From Planktothrix sp. GU0601_MAG3 (GTDB taxonomy: Bacteria > Cyanobacteriota > Cyanobacteriia > Cyanobacteriales > Microcoleaceae): a DNA stretch of 64,000 nt. The position numbers were made by a program, and so were the translations under genes. The first letter of the stretch is position 1. Every line of letters starts with the position of its first letter. The notes beneath the pieces were generated by a model. That model made no database searches and had not been told where the DNA came from. It was given only the letters and a program-made list of their open reading frames with translations. Shown one piece after another: positions 45,331-57,798 of this stretch. The stretch lies in NCBI GenBank assembly GCA_035193785.1, contig CP136572.1, forward strand, positions 3,604,578 to 3,668,577. Direction: 5' to 3'.

Positions 45331-45543
45331 ATGTTGATTTCTATTCTAATAATTGATGTGGCTCTGGTTGCTTGGTCATTACATCTGATGAAGCAGGCCG
45401 TCGAGTGCAAAGAATTTTCCTTCATGCTGGCCGGGATCTTGGTGGCCATGTCGGCGGCAGCTATGGGGTTAGTTTACTTCCTGATGGTATCTTGTATTGA
45501 TCACATCGCCCAAATGTCTCAACACGCTTATTCTTACTTTTAG
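45331..45543 (+). CDS. Small two-TM membrane protein
   Basis: 70 aa with two hydrophobic segments. Confidence 0.6.
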   Translation: MLISILIIDVALVAWSLHLMKQAVECKEFSFMLAGILVAMSAAAMGLVYFLMVSCIDHIAQMSQHAYSYF

Positions 45544-45607
45544 CGGCCATTGGGGGTGACGGCTACCTTCCCTCCGACACTCCCAAAAAAAAAGTTTTCC
45601 CTACTAC

Positions 45608-45637
45608 TTGACAAAGCACCCGTTAAACAACTATATT
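45608..45637 (+). promoter_or_regulatory. tRNA-Ala promoter
   Basis: TTGACA-N18-TATATT, 12 nt upstream of the tRNA. Confidence 0.6.
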
Positions 45638-45649
45638 TGAATATTGCAA

Positions 45650-45722
45650 GGGGTTATAGCTCAGTTGGTAGAGCACCGCAATGGCATTGCGGGGGTCAGC
45701 GGTTCGAGCCCGCTTAGCTCCA
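45650..45722 (+). tRNA. tRNA-Ala(GGC)
   Basis: Cloverleaf GGGGTTA/TAGCTCC with G3:U70, anticodon loop ATGGCAT, TTCGA T-loop; CCA not encoded. Confidence 0.96.
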
Positions 45723-45810
45723 TATTATTATGATCGAACAGACCCAATCTCATACAATTGGGTCGTTTTCCCTTTCAGTTACTCACAAGGAAAAAAAATC
45801 TGAAAAAAGC

Positions 45811-45839
45811 TTGCATAATCTGGGTGGTTGTGCTAGATT
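45811..45839 (+). promoter_or_regulatory. tRNA-Val promoter
   Basis: TTGCAT-N17-TAGATT with extended TG. Confidence 0.6.
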
Positions 45840-45850
45840 TATAAATTGTC

Positions 45851-45924
45851 GGACGCATAGCTCAGTTGGTTAGAGCACCACGTTGACATCGTGGGGGTCG
45901 GTGGTTCGAGTCCACTTGTGTCCA
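45851..45924 (+). tRNA. tRNA-Val(GAC)
   Basis: Cloverleaf GGACGCA/TGTGTCC, anticodon loop TTGACAT, TTCGA T-loop. Confidence 0.96.
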
Positions 45925-46429
45925 TTATCCTTGGGAATATTCAATCTAAAAATTTAATTATTTAATTTTTGCTCACAGCCCCCCAAGGCTGAAAATTCAC
46001 TAGCACAGATTCTAAAATCTGTAAGATTGATATTTCAGAAATTTTATAGGGATGAAAGAGCTAATTATTTTCCTCCTTCCCTAGATATAATGGGAAGTAA
46101 GTAAAAAAACTTTAGGAACGGCTGGGAGCGGTGAGAATTATAAACTTATATAATCTAATTAAATTAAGGGACGGTTTTCGATTAAACTTGTAATTAACTA
46201 GCCCGATCATCATTAGGCTCAAGTAAGAGTTTAAAATTCAAGTAAATTTTAACTTCATTAGTCTAAATAATTTATACTCATTCGTAGAGAACCGAACTGG
46301 CAGTTTTAAAATTTATGCCTGAAATTGGGAGTTAGCAAATATATTTTGAGATCATCAGATGGCTGACTTAGTAACCATTCGAGAAAAGCTAATTTCAATC
46401 TATACAATACAACTCAAAAAAGTAAAATT

Positions 46430-46865
46430 ATGGCTTCAGAAAATCAAGTTAAACAATATTTAGCCCACTGGTTTCAGTTAGGTAAAAAAGTATGGATTCG
46501 CAACGGTGTAGAATCGCGCTTACCTCAACCCGTAATTCAAGGGGACAGGTACAGTCGAGAGTTTGAAGACTGTTGGAAAGAAATCCTATCTCCCGAATCT
46601 GGAGAATGTTATTTAGACGGAACAGACCAAACCATCGAAACCCTACTCTCCTCAGCATGGGAAATCGAATCCTGTGGGCGCTGTTCCCTTCTGGTTTCCC
46701 ATCAAAACCGCCGGAATGCCTGCTACTTGCTGTCCTTGCTTTGATTTACCCACCTGGCCGAATCTGGACGCGCCCTTACCTCGTCTTCCAGTCAGTACCC
46801 GTCTATATTTATTAAATATTTGTAACCGACTAGCGCCAACTACAGAAACAGAAAGTAACGAATAA
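46430..46865 (+). CDS. Conserved-type cyanobacterial hypothetical protein, Cys-containing (fs 46694)
   Basis: MASENQVKQYLAHWFQLGKKV, CYLDGTDQTI, CGRC, CPCFDLPTWPN. Confidence 0.75.
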
Positions 46866-46949
46866 AAATGCGATCTTTAGTCTGATTAATATGATTATCA
46901 GTTAATCCAAATTTTGTAAACCCTATTAAAAGCATAGGTTTATATTTAA

Positions 46950-47517
46950 TCACATCCATAAATTAGCAGGATTGTCTTGATCTTCATCCCACTTAACCGG
47001 ATTATTAACAATATATTCCCGAATCTGATCTAATGACTGTTCATCTCGAATAATATGATCATAAAATCGGGTTTGCCATGCAAAGTTATCGTAACCATTC
47101 TTACGACACCAACGAGTTAAAGAAGATTTATAAGCATTAATAATAGCTTGTAAGGAACCTGGTTTTAACGGGGCAAATTTGTTGGATTCATCCGTCCCTT
47201 GTAGAGACGTGCCACGGCGCGTCTCTCCGTGTTTCTTCATTTTGCGATCGCTCAATAACAACAATCCCATGTACATGATTCGGCATGATAATATAAGCAT
47301 CTAGGTAAACATCCTGAAAATGCTTCGGAATCTCTGACCAAAATTTATTAGCCATTTCACCAATAGCAGAAAATTGAATATTACCGGAAACGATATCACC
47401 AAAAAACCAAAGTTTATCCTTTGTGCAAAATGTGACAAAATACCAGCCATTGGCAGCATAATTATGATGAGGTAATCGTGTAGATTCAATCCGATATTTA
47501 TTTTTATATAATGTCAT
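46950..47517 (-). CDS. REP-associated tyrosine transposase (RAYT, Y1 HUH) (fs 47231)
   Basis: YFVTFCT, IMPNHVHGI (HUH), WQTRFYDHIIR, IREYIVNNP (catalytic Tyr); REP array upstream. Confidence 0.9.
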
Positions 47518-47580
47518 AGTTGTCTATCGTATATTTATATTGATTTTCATCCTAAATCACAGCTATATTTCCCAGACCCC

Positions 47581-48062
47581 GTAGAGACGTGCCACGGCGC
47601 GTCTCTCTCTTAAATTAATATTCATATCAGATCCAGGTTATGTTTACTAGACCTAGTAGAGACGTGCCACGGCGCGTATCTCTCTCTTAAATTAATATTC
47701 ATATCAGATCCAGGTTGTGTTTACTAGACCCCGTAGAGACGTGCCACGGCGCGTCTCTCTCTTAAATTAATATTCATATCAGATCCAGGTTGTGTTTACT
47801 AGACCTCGTAGAGACGTGCCACGGCGCGTCTCTCTCTTAAATTAATATTCATATCAGATCCAGGTTATGTTTACTAGACCTAGTAGAGACGTGCCACGGC
47901 GCGTATCTCTCTCTTAAATTAATATTCATATCAGATCCAGGTTGTGTTTACTAGACCTCGTAGAGACGCGCCATGGCACGTCTCTCTCTTAAATTAATAT
48001 TCATATCAGATCCAGGTTGTGTTTACTAGACCTCGTAGAGACGCGCCATGGCACGTCTCTAC
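47581..48062. repeat. REP tandem array: seven REPs in 75/77-bp units with near-identical linkers
   Basis: GTAGAGACG starts at 47581, 47656, 47733, 47808, 47883, 47960, 48035. Confidence 0.95.
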
Positions 48063-48077
48063 AGGGGGATAAGGGTT

Positions 48078-51000
48078 TTATTCAACCCCTTCAATACGGT
48101 CTTCAACTTCTTGGTATAACTCCCGCAGACGATCTAAATTCTCATCGCTGGTTTCCCAATAGCCGCGACCATTAACCTCTAACAAGGTGCTAATAATCTT
48201 GCGGAAAGAATGGGGGTTTAAGTTTAGCAAACGCTTCTGCATTTCTGCATCTTGAATAAACGTTTCATTCACATCCTCATAAACCCAATTATCCACCGCC
48301 CCGGCTGTAGCACTCCATCCCATTGTATTCACCAGGCGCTTAGATAATTCCCGCACCCCTTCATAACCATGGGATAACATTCCTTCATACCATTTCGGGT
48401 TAAGAAGTTTTGTTCGTGCATCCAAACGCACCGTTTCCGATAACGTCCGAACTTGAGCATTTGCGGTTGTAGTATCCGCAATATAGGAGGTCGGTTTTTT
48501 GCCATCCTGGCGTAAATTAGCAATTAATTTCGTCGGGTCAGAATCGAAATAATGGGAAACATCGGTTAAACTAATTTCCGAAGAATCTAAGTTTTGGAAC
48601 GTCACTTCTGCGGTTTTTAACGCCGACTCAAAGATATTTCGATCCTGTTCCATCATCCCGGGATTATCAGAATTAAAGGCAAAAGATTTACGCTTTAAAT
48701 ACATTTCCTGTAACTCAGATTCCTGTTCCCAACTGCTATTTTCCACCGCTAAATTGACGTTAGAAGAATAGGAACCGGAAGCATTACTAAACACCCGAGT
48801 TGCGGCTTGACGTACCGATATTCCTAACTCCTTCGCCTGTTCTAAAGCGTGTTTACGAACGAAATTCATTTCCAAGGGTTTCATCAGATTCCGCAGCCAT
48901 TTTTACCGCTTTATCTAATAGCGCCATTTGGTTAATAAATAAGTCGCGGAACACCCCTGAACAGTTGATCACGACATCAATGCGAGGCCGTCCCAATTCC
49001 TCTAAGGAGACTAACTCCAACTTATTCACCCGTCCCAAGGCATCGGGTACGGGTATAACCCCCACCATCCACATAACTTGGGCTAGGGACTCCCCGTAGG
49101 TTTTGATGTTATCGGTTCCCCAGAGGACGACGGAGATGGTTTCGGGATAATTTCCTTCATTTTCGACCTTTTGCCGTTCCAACAGCCGTTCTACGACGAT
49201 TTGGGCAGATTTCACCGCCGCCGCCGTGGGGATGGACTGGGGGTCGAGGGCGTGCATATTTTTGCCCGTCGGTAGGACATCGGGGTTACGGATGGGGTCG
49301 CCTCCCGGCCCGGGGATGATATATTCCCCTTCCAACGCCCGCAGCAAGGAGCCCAACTCGTTATCGGCGCAAATTTGTTGTAAGCAGAATTCCAAATACT
49401 CAAATAACGGTTTAATGGGTTCGGGGTCAACCTTGGTGAAACCGGACTCATGCAGTGCTTCAATCCAGGGTTCTTTTTTACCCATATTGAAGAAGTTGAG
49501 TTTGGAGACTAAGGAAACCCGTCCCTCGGCGTCGGTTTGTTCGTTAACGAGGGCGATAACGGCGGCGCGGCAAGCTTCGGTGATTTTTTGTAATAACTCC
49601 ACATCCGCTAACAACCCTAAGTTATTGTTAGAGTAGAGTTCCTCCAGATCGCGGTTAAGGCTATTGGCAATAATTCGGGGTAAACTGAGAAGATTATCTT
49701 CTTCCCGATCAATACTGGCGATATTTACCAGAGTTGAAATTGCTTCTTCAGCCGTGGGTGGTTTACCAATAACGTGCAAACCACAGGGTAACAACCGCGA
49801 CTCAATTTCCATTAACCGCCGATAGACCTGTCCGACAATATGATCCCGTGCTTCGGGGGTTAACTCCGCCGCATCGGTTTCGGGAAGGGTAATATCTTGG
49901 TCAAAATTCACCAAGCGGGACTTATCGATAATGGTGTTAACAATTGCCACACCCCGACCGCTATCTTTTAGGGTTTGATAAGACCCAATTAACTCGTTGA
50001 GTTCTTTCAAACCCTTATATAATCCAGCGTTTTCCGCAGCCGGAGTTAAATAAGAAATAGTGGCGGCATAACTGCGCCGTTTGGCGATGGTGGCTTCGCT
50101 GGGGTTATTGGCGGCGTAGTAATACAGGTTGGGAATACTACCAATTAAATTATCGGGGTAGCACTCTCCCGACATTCCCATTTGTTTACCCGGCATGAAC
50201 TCCAACGAACCATGGGTTCCAAAGTGTAACACCGCGTCGGCTTCCCAGACTTTCTCTAAATAGGTATAGTAGGCGGCGAAGCCATGATGGGGACTAGCAG
50301 ACCGGGAGAACAACAACCTCATCGGGTCGCCTTCATAGCCAAAGGTAGGTTGAACTCCGATAAACACATTCCCAAACTGTTTGCCGAAAATCAATAAATT
50401 CTCGCCGTCGCTGTTTAAGGTTCCCGGTGGTGGCCCCCAATTCTCATTTAAGCGTTCAAAATAGGGGGTTAACTGTTCATATTCGCCCACGGACATCCGA
50501 TAGGCGACATTTAATTCGGGACTTTGATATTGGGCGGTGGCGTCGTGGATAACTTCCTGCATCAGTTTCTCAGCAGACTCTGGCAGGTTTTGAATATCGT
50601 AGCCATTGCCCTGTAGGGCTTTCAGCACTTGATAAATAGACCCGAACACATCCAAATAAGCCGCCGTCCCCACATTTCCCTTATCCGGGGGGAAGCTAAA
50701 AACGGTAATAGCAACTTTTTTGTCTAATTTGGGTTTTTTCCGCAGATTAGCCCATTTTAACGCCCGTTGGGCGATCGCTTCGATCCGGTCTTGCAAGGCG
50801 ATCGCTTTTCCAGTTGTGCCATCCCGTCCTGATATAATAATTGGTTCGATCGCACCATCCAGTTCAGGAATAGCAATTTGCAGCGCCACTTGGATCGGAT
50901 GCAGACCTAAATCACTTTCTTCCCATTCTTCCGTGGTTTGGAAGACTAAAGGCAAGGCCACCATATAGGGACGGTTTAGCCGTTTTAACGAGTCTATCGC

Positions 51001-52062
51001 CTTCGGGTGATCCTGTCGAGCCGGGCCACCAACTAAAGCAAAACCCGTTAACGACACAATAGTATCCACCAGAGGTTGGGGCGGAATACCTTTCGGGGGG
51101 TTATCCCAGAAATACTCATCAATGGGTTTAGAAAAGTCTAACCCGCCCGCAAACACAGGTAAAACCCGCGCTCCTAACGCTTCAATTTCCTGTACCATGG
51201 CCACATAATGGGCATCATCTCCGGTAACCAGGTGCGTCCGTTGCAGGACTAACCCCACACAGGGGGCCAGGGGATCTTTTTGGTCGTCGGAAATATCGTC
51301 GCGGCTGTTATTCCACTGGAAATATTCCTTCGCATCCTCGAACATTTTAGGCGCCAGGGGATGCCATATTCCCATATCGGGATAGGTAACGGGATCGGCA
51401 AATTGTAGCTTGTCCTTGCCCGTGAAAACGTATTTTGATCCTAACATCAGCAGGAAGTTTTCCAGGTTTTCGGAAGAACCCCCTAACCAATATTGGAAGG
51501 ATAACATAAAGTTGCGGGCATCCTGGGCCTTGTCCATTGGCAGATATTTCAGGACTTTGGGCAAAGTTTGCAACAACTTCAGCATGGCGTCTTGGAAAGA
51601 ACTACCAGACTGTTCTTTACGTTTCTTCATAAACTGGGCGATCGCACTTTTGCTTTGTCCCAGTTGCGCCATGGAAAACGTCCCCATTTTGTTCAGACGC
51701 ATGACTTGAGGCATGGAGGGGAACACCACAGCCACATCCAGTGTATCCCTGTAGGGGGCTACGGCCTCAACCAGTTTATCGGCTAAATCTTCAATAAAAA
51801 TCAGGGAGGCTATGAATATATTAGCCCCAGATAAATCTTGTTTAAAACTTTCGTAGTTGTCGGGAGATCGTAACTCCTCGATCAAATAACCGCTAATTTC
51901 GATCGCAACATTAGGGTTATTTGCGTTAATGGACTGGACTGCCGCCGACAGGGCACTCTGATATTGCGCTTCTAACACCACATAGACCACCTTCATCAGT
52001 TGTCGCCCGTTCAGGTCATCTGGCTTGATGTGTCTAATGGTGGGTTTTACATAAGTAAACAT
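48078..52062 (-). CDS. chlH: Magnesium chelatase subunit H (fs 48878)
   Basis: [65 protein letters not shown]. Confidence 0.97.
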
Positions 52063-52408
52063 ATCTTAATTGGTTCCTTTTTTGTCTGCTTCTCTCTTAG
52101 GGTGATCGGCGATGGGCATTGCCAGATCATTAGGACTCACCTTTGAGTATTCTTACCAGAAAACAGGTGTTGTGGGCAGGTGTGATGACCCTTCGCAACA
52201 ATTCGACAAGAAAAATGTCATAATTTTTCACATTGCTTGACTTTTGTGACTTTCTAGTGACCAGAAATTATTGATCATCAGAAAGACTGGACAAATTCTG
52301 GTGGTTAATCATTATTCTTCTTTTTTGTAAATCCTATAATTAGAACCCCGAACCAACAGTTAATTTACTGTTATCATCTCCCCAATGGTAATCAGCGCAC
52401 AAGACCAA

Positions 52409-52488
52409 AGAAACCGGGTTTCTGGCACTGATTTTGTGAATAAAATCGGTGATTTCTCGTTCAGAAACCCGGTTTCTGCGTAAGTCCT
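52409..52488. repeat. Paired AGAAACC(G/C)GGTTTCT palindromes, dispersed intergenic repeat
   Basis: Copies at 52409-52423 and 52463-52477, followed by GCGTAAGTCCT. Confidence 0.7.
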
Positions 52489-52540
52489 ATATAATGTTAA
52501 CATATATGGTAATTTTTGATTAAATAAGGCAATAAATCTT

Positions 52541-54113
52541 ATGGATAATAAAATTAGATCTGAAAAAATTCAACAATTTGTTGTCACCGCCGAACAGATG
52601 CGAAATATTGAGGAACGTATCTTTTCCGCCGGGATACCCGTGGCGGCTTTAATGGAAAAAGTTGCCGGAAAAATTACCCACAGGTTACAGACTTTATTCT
52701 CGGAAAAATCCATCACCCCGGCTCATAAAATCGGTCTATTAGTAGGGCCAGGACATAATGGGGGCGATGGGTTGGTTGTGGCTAGGGAACTCTATTTTCT
52801 GGGTTATAATATTGTAATTTATAGTCCCTTTTCAAAGCGAAAAGAATTAACGGAATCCCATGCTAAATATGCTATGAGTTTGGGAATTAATTTTATTTCT
52901 AATATTAAGGAATTATCTGATTGTGACATCTTGATTGATGGATTATTTGGATTTGGTTTAGAGCGAGAAATTGCCGGAGAACTTGCCAATGCTATCAATA
53001 TAATTAATAATTGGAATAAACTTGTCATTAGTATTGATTTACCATCGGGAATTCATACCGATACAGGGGAAATATTAGGAACAGCAATTCGAGCCAATAT
53101 TACCCTCTGTTTGGGATTATGGAAACAAGCCTTTTTACAAGATACCGGATTAGATTATATTGGCAAAGCCGAACTGATTGATTTTGATATTCCCCTGGGG
53201 GATATTAATGCTATTATTGGAGAATCTCCCATCCTAAATCGTATCACTCAGGACGCTGCAATTAATAGTTTACCCCTGCCCATTCCCGCTAATCATCATA
53301 AATATAAAAACGGTCATTTACTAATTATATCAGGTTCCAAACAATATACAGGAGCAGCCATTTTAGCCGGATTAGGAGCCAGAGCAAGCGGTGTGGGAAT
53401 GCTATCTATTGCTGTTCCCAATTCGATTAAACCTTGGTTAAGTTTACAGTTACCAGAAGCCCTAATTATAGGCTGTCCTGAAACGGAAAATGGAGCCATT
53501 CTTGAACTTCCAGAAGATCTGGATTTAAGGCGCTATCAAACGATTGTTTGTGGCCCTGGATTGACGACCGAAGCCCGGAGTATTGTGGAAAAGATATTAA
53601 CAGCAAATTGTCCAATTATTTTAGATGCGGATGCTTTAAATATTTTAGCCAAATTGAATCCATTTTTCACCCTATCTTCTCGGAAATCTCCCACAATTAT
53701 TACCCCCCATTTAGGGGAATTTAAACGGCTATTTCCCGAATTAATAGCATTGGAAAAAAATCAAATAATCTTAGCCAAACAAGCCGCTGAGTTAACTGGT
53801 GCTATTATTGTTTTAAAAGGAGCTAGAACCTGTGTTGCTACCCCCAAAACCGTTTGGATTAATCCCGATAGTACCCCAGCTTTGGGTCGTGGGGGAAGCG
53901 GGGATGTTTTAACGGGACTATTAGGAGGGCTATTACCCCCTGTGATTCTCGCGGAAAAACCTGTAGAATCAATGGTTAATACTGCGGTTTGGTGGCATTC
54001 CCAAGCCGGGATTCTAGCAGCAAGAGAAACGCACGGAATTAGGGGTTGATGCCTATACATTAACTCAATATTTAATTCCAGCTTTAACACAGTTCCTAAA
54101 AACCATCAATTAA
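52541..54113 (+). CDS. nnr: Bifunctional NAD(P)HX epimerase/dehydratase (fs 54026)
   Basis: GPGHNGGDG, DGLFGFG, IDLPSG, GPGL, LDADAL, TPHLGEF, GGSGDVLTG. Confidence 0.92.
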
Positions 54114-54127
54114 ATCGGGAGATAAGC

Positions 54128-54850
54128 GTGAAATTACAAGTTTTGGAACATACGATTTTTAAGCTACATCCATTTGCAGCCGAAGCGGTTGCCTATAATG
54201 AAAAAATATCCGTTTATCGTGATACAATATTTGAAATAGAAAGTTATTCCCAAGCAAAAAATAACCATTTACAGGTTAATTTCCTATCTCCTAAACCCAA
54301 AAATATGACAACTTGGTTTGTTCTGGCTAATCAAGTTAAAATATTAGAAACCGATGAAGAATTAACCGCCTCCCGTTCCGTTTCTTCGGCTTCTTTTTCT
54401 GCATCTAATTCAGAATGGATATGGCCGATGACTGGAACTAGCATGGGTTCAAGGGCTGAATTTGGTTATGCGAGGGGGCGACTTCATGCAGGTGTTGATA
54501 TTGGGGGATATACTCCCGATGAATGTTATGCGGCGAGTGATGGAGTGGTTGATTATATTAAAAATGATCCTAGTGGTGCGGAAGGTCGGGCAATTTATAT
54601 TAAACGTTCTAATGGTTGGGAACACGTTTATTTTCATTTACAATCTATTCGGGTTAATGTCGGTGAAACAGTTACTAAAGGTCAATTTATCGGGGTGCGA
54701 GGCGGTTCGGGTTTTGGGTATGAAGGGTTAGAAATTGATGGGGGAGGATATTCTATTCATCTACATTTTGAGGTGCATCAACCCAATGGTGAAAAAATTG
54801 ATCCCCGTTCTATTTTACCCGATGATGGGAGTGTTCCTATTGTGGCTTAA
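54128..54850 (+). CDS. M23-family metallopeptidase
   Basis: HAGVD, YFHL, HLHFEV zinc motifs. Confidence 0.88.
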   Translation: MKLQVLEHTIFKLHPFAAEAVAYNEKISVYRDTIFEIESYSQAKNNHLQVNFLSPKPKNMTTWFVLANQVKILETDEELTASRSVSSASFSASNSEWIWPMTGTSMGSRAEFGYARGRLHAGVDIGGYTPDECYAASDGVVDYIKNDPSGAEGRAIYIKRSNGWEHVYFHLQSIRVNVGETVTKGQFIGVRGGSGFGYEGLEIDGGGYSIHLHFEVHQPNGEKIDPRSILPDDGSVPIVA

Positions 54851-55269
54851 ACTAAATTTTGAGCTATGAAATCTGATAAAATCTTTCTATGCAGATTCCC
54901 GATTAATCTGACCATTCCTGCTTTTTCCGAATAACATTCTCCAGCTTGAATATCCCCTGGGGTTAATAATCCCATATCCCAGCCTTCATTTAAGACTAAT
55001 TGACTCAAATCAACCGTTAAAGGAGCATAGAAAACAATCCGATTCACCAGAGAATCTGGATAAGATTTGAATTGCACAAACTCAGGAACATTATAACCAA
55101 TTTCTTCCAGTAATTCCCGTTTAAAGCCGTTTTCTGGGGTTTCTCCAGGTTCTAAATGTCCCCCAAATAATCCCCAAACCCCAGGATGAACAATATTAGG
55201 GTTATTATCTCGTAACTGTAATAAAAACTTTCCATCTCGATAAAGAATCCCTATAGCAACTTGAATCAT
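54847..55269 (-). CDS. NUDIX hydrolase
   Basis: GGHLEPGETPENGFKRELLEEIG Nudix box. Confidence 0.92.
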   Translation of the reverse strand: MIQVAIGILYRDGKFLLQLRDNNPNIVHPGVWGLFGGHLEPGETPENGFKRELLEEIGYNVPEFVQFKSYPDSLVNRIVFYAPLTVDLSQLVLNEGWDMGLLTPGDIQAGECYSEKAGMVRLIGNLHRKILSDFIAQNLV

Positions 55270-55334
55270 AAATTATTATTTTTGCTGATTATAGATTAGA
55301 AAGATAAAGATAAAAAAAGATAAAGAAAGATAAA

Positions 55335-55363
55335 GAGAGAGACGCGCCGTGGCTCGTCTCTAC
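55335..55363. repeat. REP copy with GA-rich tail
   Basis: GAGAGAGACGCGCCGTGGCTCGTCTCTAC; its minus-strand GTAG supplies the TAG stop of 55360-55764. Confidence 0.8.
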
Positions 55364-55764
55364 GTTGATTTACGGTCAATTTCTTTAACATAAATATCTC
55401 CAATATCCTTTCCTTTCATATCTTTAATTAAAATACTTTTATATTCTACTTTCCCTTGAATTAATAGGTCTTGTCCCAGGGGTGGTAAAGGTTGAGTGGT
55501 AAATACCCAAATTGAACCTGTATTATCTTGGAGTTGATAGGCGCCCGCACCTAAAAAGGGGGCATGACTTTTGACCTTACCTCTGAGATAAACTTTAGCA
55601 CCTATTTTCTGTTTTTGTTGTAGCAGTTCAATTTTAGCGGTATTAAAATTAATCCAACTTTCAGAAGGGGAAATACTTTGACAACCGACTAATCCGGTCA
55701 CAAATAGTAATACAATACTAATTTGCCAGGTTTTGGTGAACTTCTGTGGAAATGAAAGGGTCAT
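55360..55764 (-). CDS. Putative lipoprotein with OB-fold
   Basis: Lipobox LVGC; VYLRGKV, YQLQDNTGSIWV. Confidence 0.72.
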   Translation of the reverse strand: MTLSFPQKFTKTWQISIVLLFVTGLVGCQSISPSESWINFNTAKIELLQQKQKIGAKVYLRGKVKSHAPFLGAGAYQLQDNTGSIWVFTTQPLPPLGQDLLIQGKVEYKSILIKDMKGKDIGDIYVKEIDRKST

Positions 55765-55802
55765 GGAGTCGCTGAATATAGTAATTGACGAGAGAACGAA
55801 TT

Positions 55803-56667
55803 ATGGATAATCTATTAGACGGTAAATCTACGGCCAAAAATATTCAAGCCCAACTACAAGAACAGGTGCAGATATGGCAAGCTAAAGTTGGACGTCCGCC
55901 CGGTTTAGCGGTAATTATGGTAGGAGAGAATCCAGCCAGTGCGGTATATGTTCGCAATAAAGAACAGGCCTGTGCTAAGGTCGGAATTACATCTTTTGGT
56001 CAACATTTCCCCGCCGAAACTAGCCAAGAAAAACTTACCAGTATTATCCATGAACTGAACAAAAATGAACAAGTAGATGGAATTTTAGTTTCAGTTACCC
56101 CTTCCTGCTCATCTGGACTCCGTTGGGTTACTATATGAAATTGATCCTAAGAAAGATGCTGATGGTTTGCACCCGGAAAATTTAGGACGGTTAGCTAGGG
56201 GGGAAAAGGGGTTAAGAAGTTGTACCCCCGCCGGAGTTATGCGACTATTTGAGGAATATAATATTGAGCTAAAAGGAAAACACGCCGTTGTTTTAGGTCG
56301 TAGTATTTTAGTCGGAAAACCCATGGCTTTGATGCTATTAGAAGCCGATTGTACCGTAACTATTGCCCATTCTAAAACCCACGATTTAGCTAAAGTTAGC
56401 CGGGATGCGGATATTGTAGTCGCGGCTATCGGACGTCCGCAAATGATTACGGCGGATTTTATTAAACCTGGCGCCATTGTGATTGATGTCGGAATTAATA
56501 AAATTACTGGTGATAATGGTAAACCTCGCCTAGTTGGGGATGTGGATTTCGAGAGTGTTCAACCCATCGCCCAATATATTACCCCAGTTCCTGGCGGTAT
56601 TGGGCCGATGACCGTGGCGATGTTATTGCAAAACACCTTCTGGAGTTATTTGGAAAAGGTGCAGTAA
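55803..56667 (+). CDS. folD: Methylenetetrahydrofolate dehydrogenase/cyclohydrolase (fs 56088)
   Basis: [14 protein letters not shown], repaired [35 protein letters not shown]. Confidence 0.95.
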
Positions 56668-56852
56668 TTCAGTTATCAGTTATCAGTCACCAGTTATCAG
56701 TTAAGAGAAAATCTAAGTAAGGGCGGGGTTTTAGACCCATTTCTTTGATAAAATGGTGGGGTTAAAATTCGGCTCCCGCGATGAAGGGAAAAATTAAGTC
56801 CCCAGGAGTCAACTTTTGTTAACATTACCCCTATTATAAACAAGCACTCGTC

Positions 56853-57779
56853 ATGGTATTGGTAAGCGAAATTAACCCACCGTTGGAAAACCCTCAGTTT
56901 GACTTATCTGCCTATCTGACCCAACGACAGACCCTAGTAGAACAGGCTTTAGATGAGTCTCTCCCCCTAATCTATCCCGAAAAAATCTATGAGTCAATGC
57001 GCTATTCTCTGCTGGCCGGAGGAAAGCGTTTACGACCGATTTTGTGTTTGGCGACCTGTGAGTTAGTCGGTGGGACTGTAGAGATGGCTATGCCCACCGC
57101 TTGCGCCCTGGAAATGATTCACACCATGTCCTTAATTCACGATGACCTCCCGGCCATGGATAATGATGATTACCGTCGGGGAAAACTGACCAATCATAAG
57201 GTTTATGGGGAGGATATTGCGATTTTGGCCGGGGATGGTTTATTGAGTTATGCCTTTGAATTTGTGGCGACTAAAACCCCTAATGTGCCTGCAAATCAAG
57301 TTTTACAGGTAATTGCCCGTTTAGGTCGGGCGGTGGGGGCTGCTGGCTTAGTGGGGGGCCAGGTGGTGGATTTAGATTCGGAGGGACTCACGGATGTTTC
57401 CGAAGAAACCCTAACTTTTATTCATACCCATAAAACCGGGGCATTATTAGAAGCCTGTGTGGTCTGTGGGGCGATTTTAGCCGGGGCGAAGGAAACAGAA
57501 ATTGAGGGATTATCTCGCTATGCGCGTAATATTGGTTTGGCGTTTCAGATTGTGGATGATATTCTCGATATTACGGCAACCCAGGAGGAGTTAGGAAAAA
57601 CCGCAGGTAAGGATTTAACGGCTAAAAAAGTCACCTATCCCAGTTTATGGGGCATAGATGAATCGCGACGTCAGGCCCAACAGTTAATTGAAGTGGCAAA
57701 AGCCGAATTATCTGACTATGGAGACCGGGCTATTCCTTTGTTAGCGATCGCCGACTTTATCACTAATCGCACTCACTAA
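56853..57779 (+). CDS. crtE: Geranylgeranyl diphosphate synthase
   Basis: [31 protein letters not shown]. Confidence 0.95.
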   Translation: MVLVSEINPPLENPQFDLSAYLTQRQTLVEQALDESLPLIYPEKIYESMRYSLLAGGKRLRPILCLATCELVGGTVEMAMPTACALEMIHTMSLIHDDLPAMDNDDYRRGKLTNHKVYGEDIAILAGDGLLSYAFEFVATKTPNVPANQVLQVIARLGRAVGAAGLVGGQVVDLDSEGLTDVSEETLTFIHTHKTGALLEACVVCGAILAGAKETEIEGLSRYARNIGLAFQIVDDILDITATQEELGKTAGKDLTAKKVTYPSLWGIDESRRQAQQLIEVAKAELSDYGDRAIPLLAIADFITNRTH

Positions 57780-57798
57780 AGTTATTGATTTCTATTAT

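Noticed and set aside
46950..47517. IS200/IS605 element with TnpB
   Set aside because: No tnpB nearby; motifs and REP association fit RAYT.
45650..47517. tRNA-anchored integrative element or prophage
   Set aside because: No integrase, phage genes or duplicated tRNA 3' end seen.
47581..48062. CRISPR array (palindromic repeat, ~75-bp period)
   Set aside because: The linkers are near-identical rather than unique spacers, there are no cas genes, and the repeat is the dispersed REP beside a RAYT.
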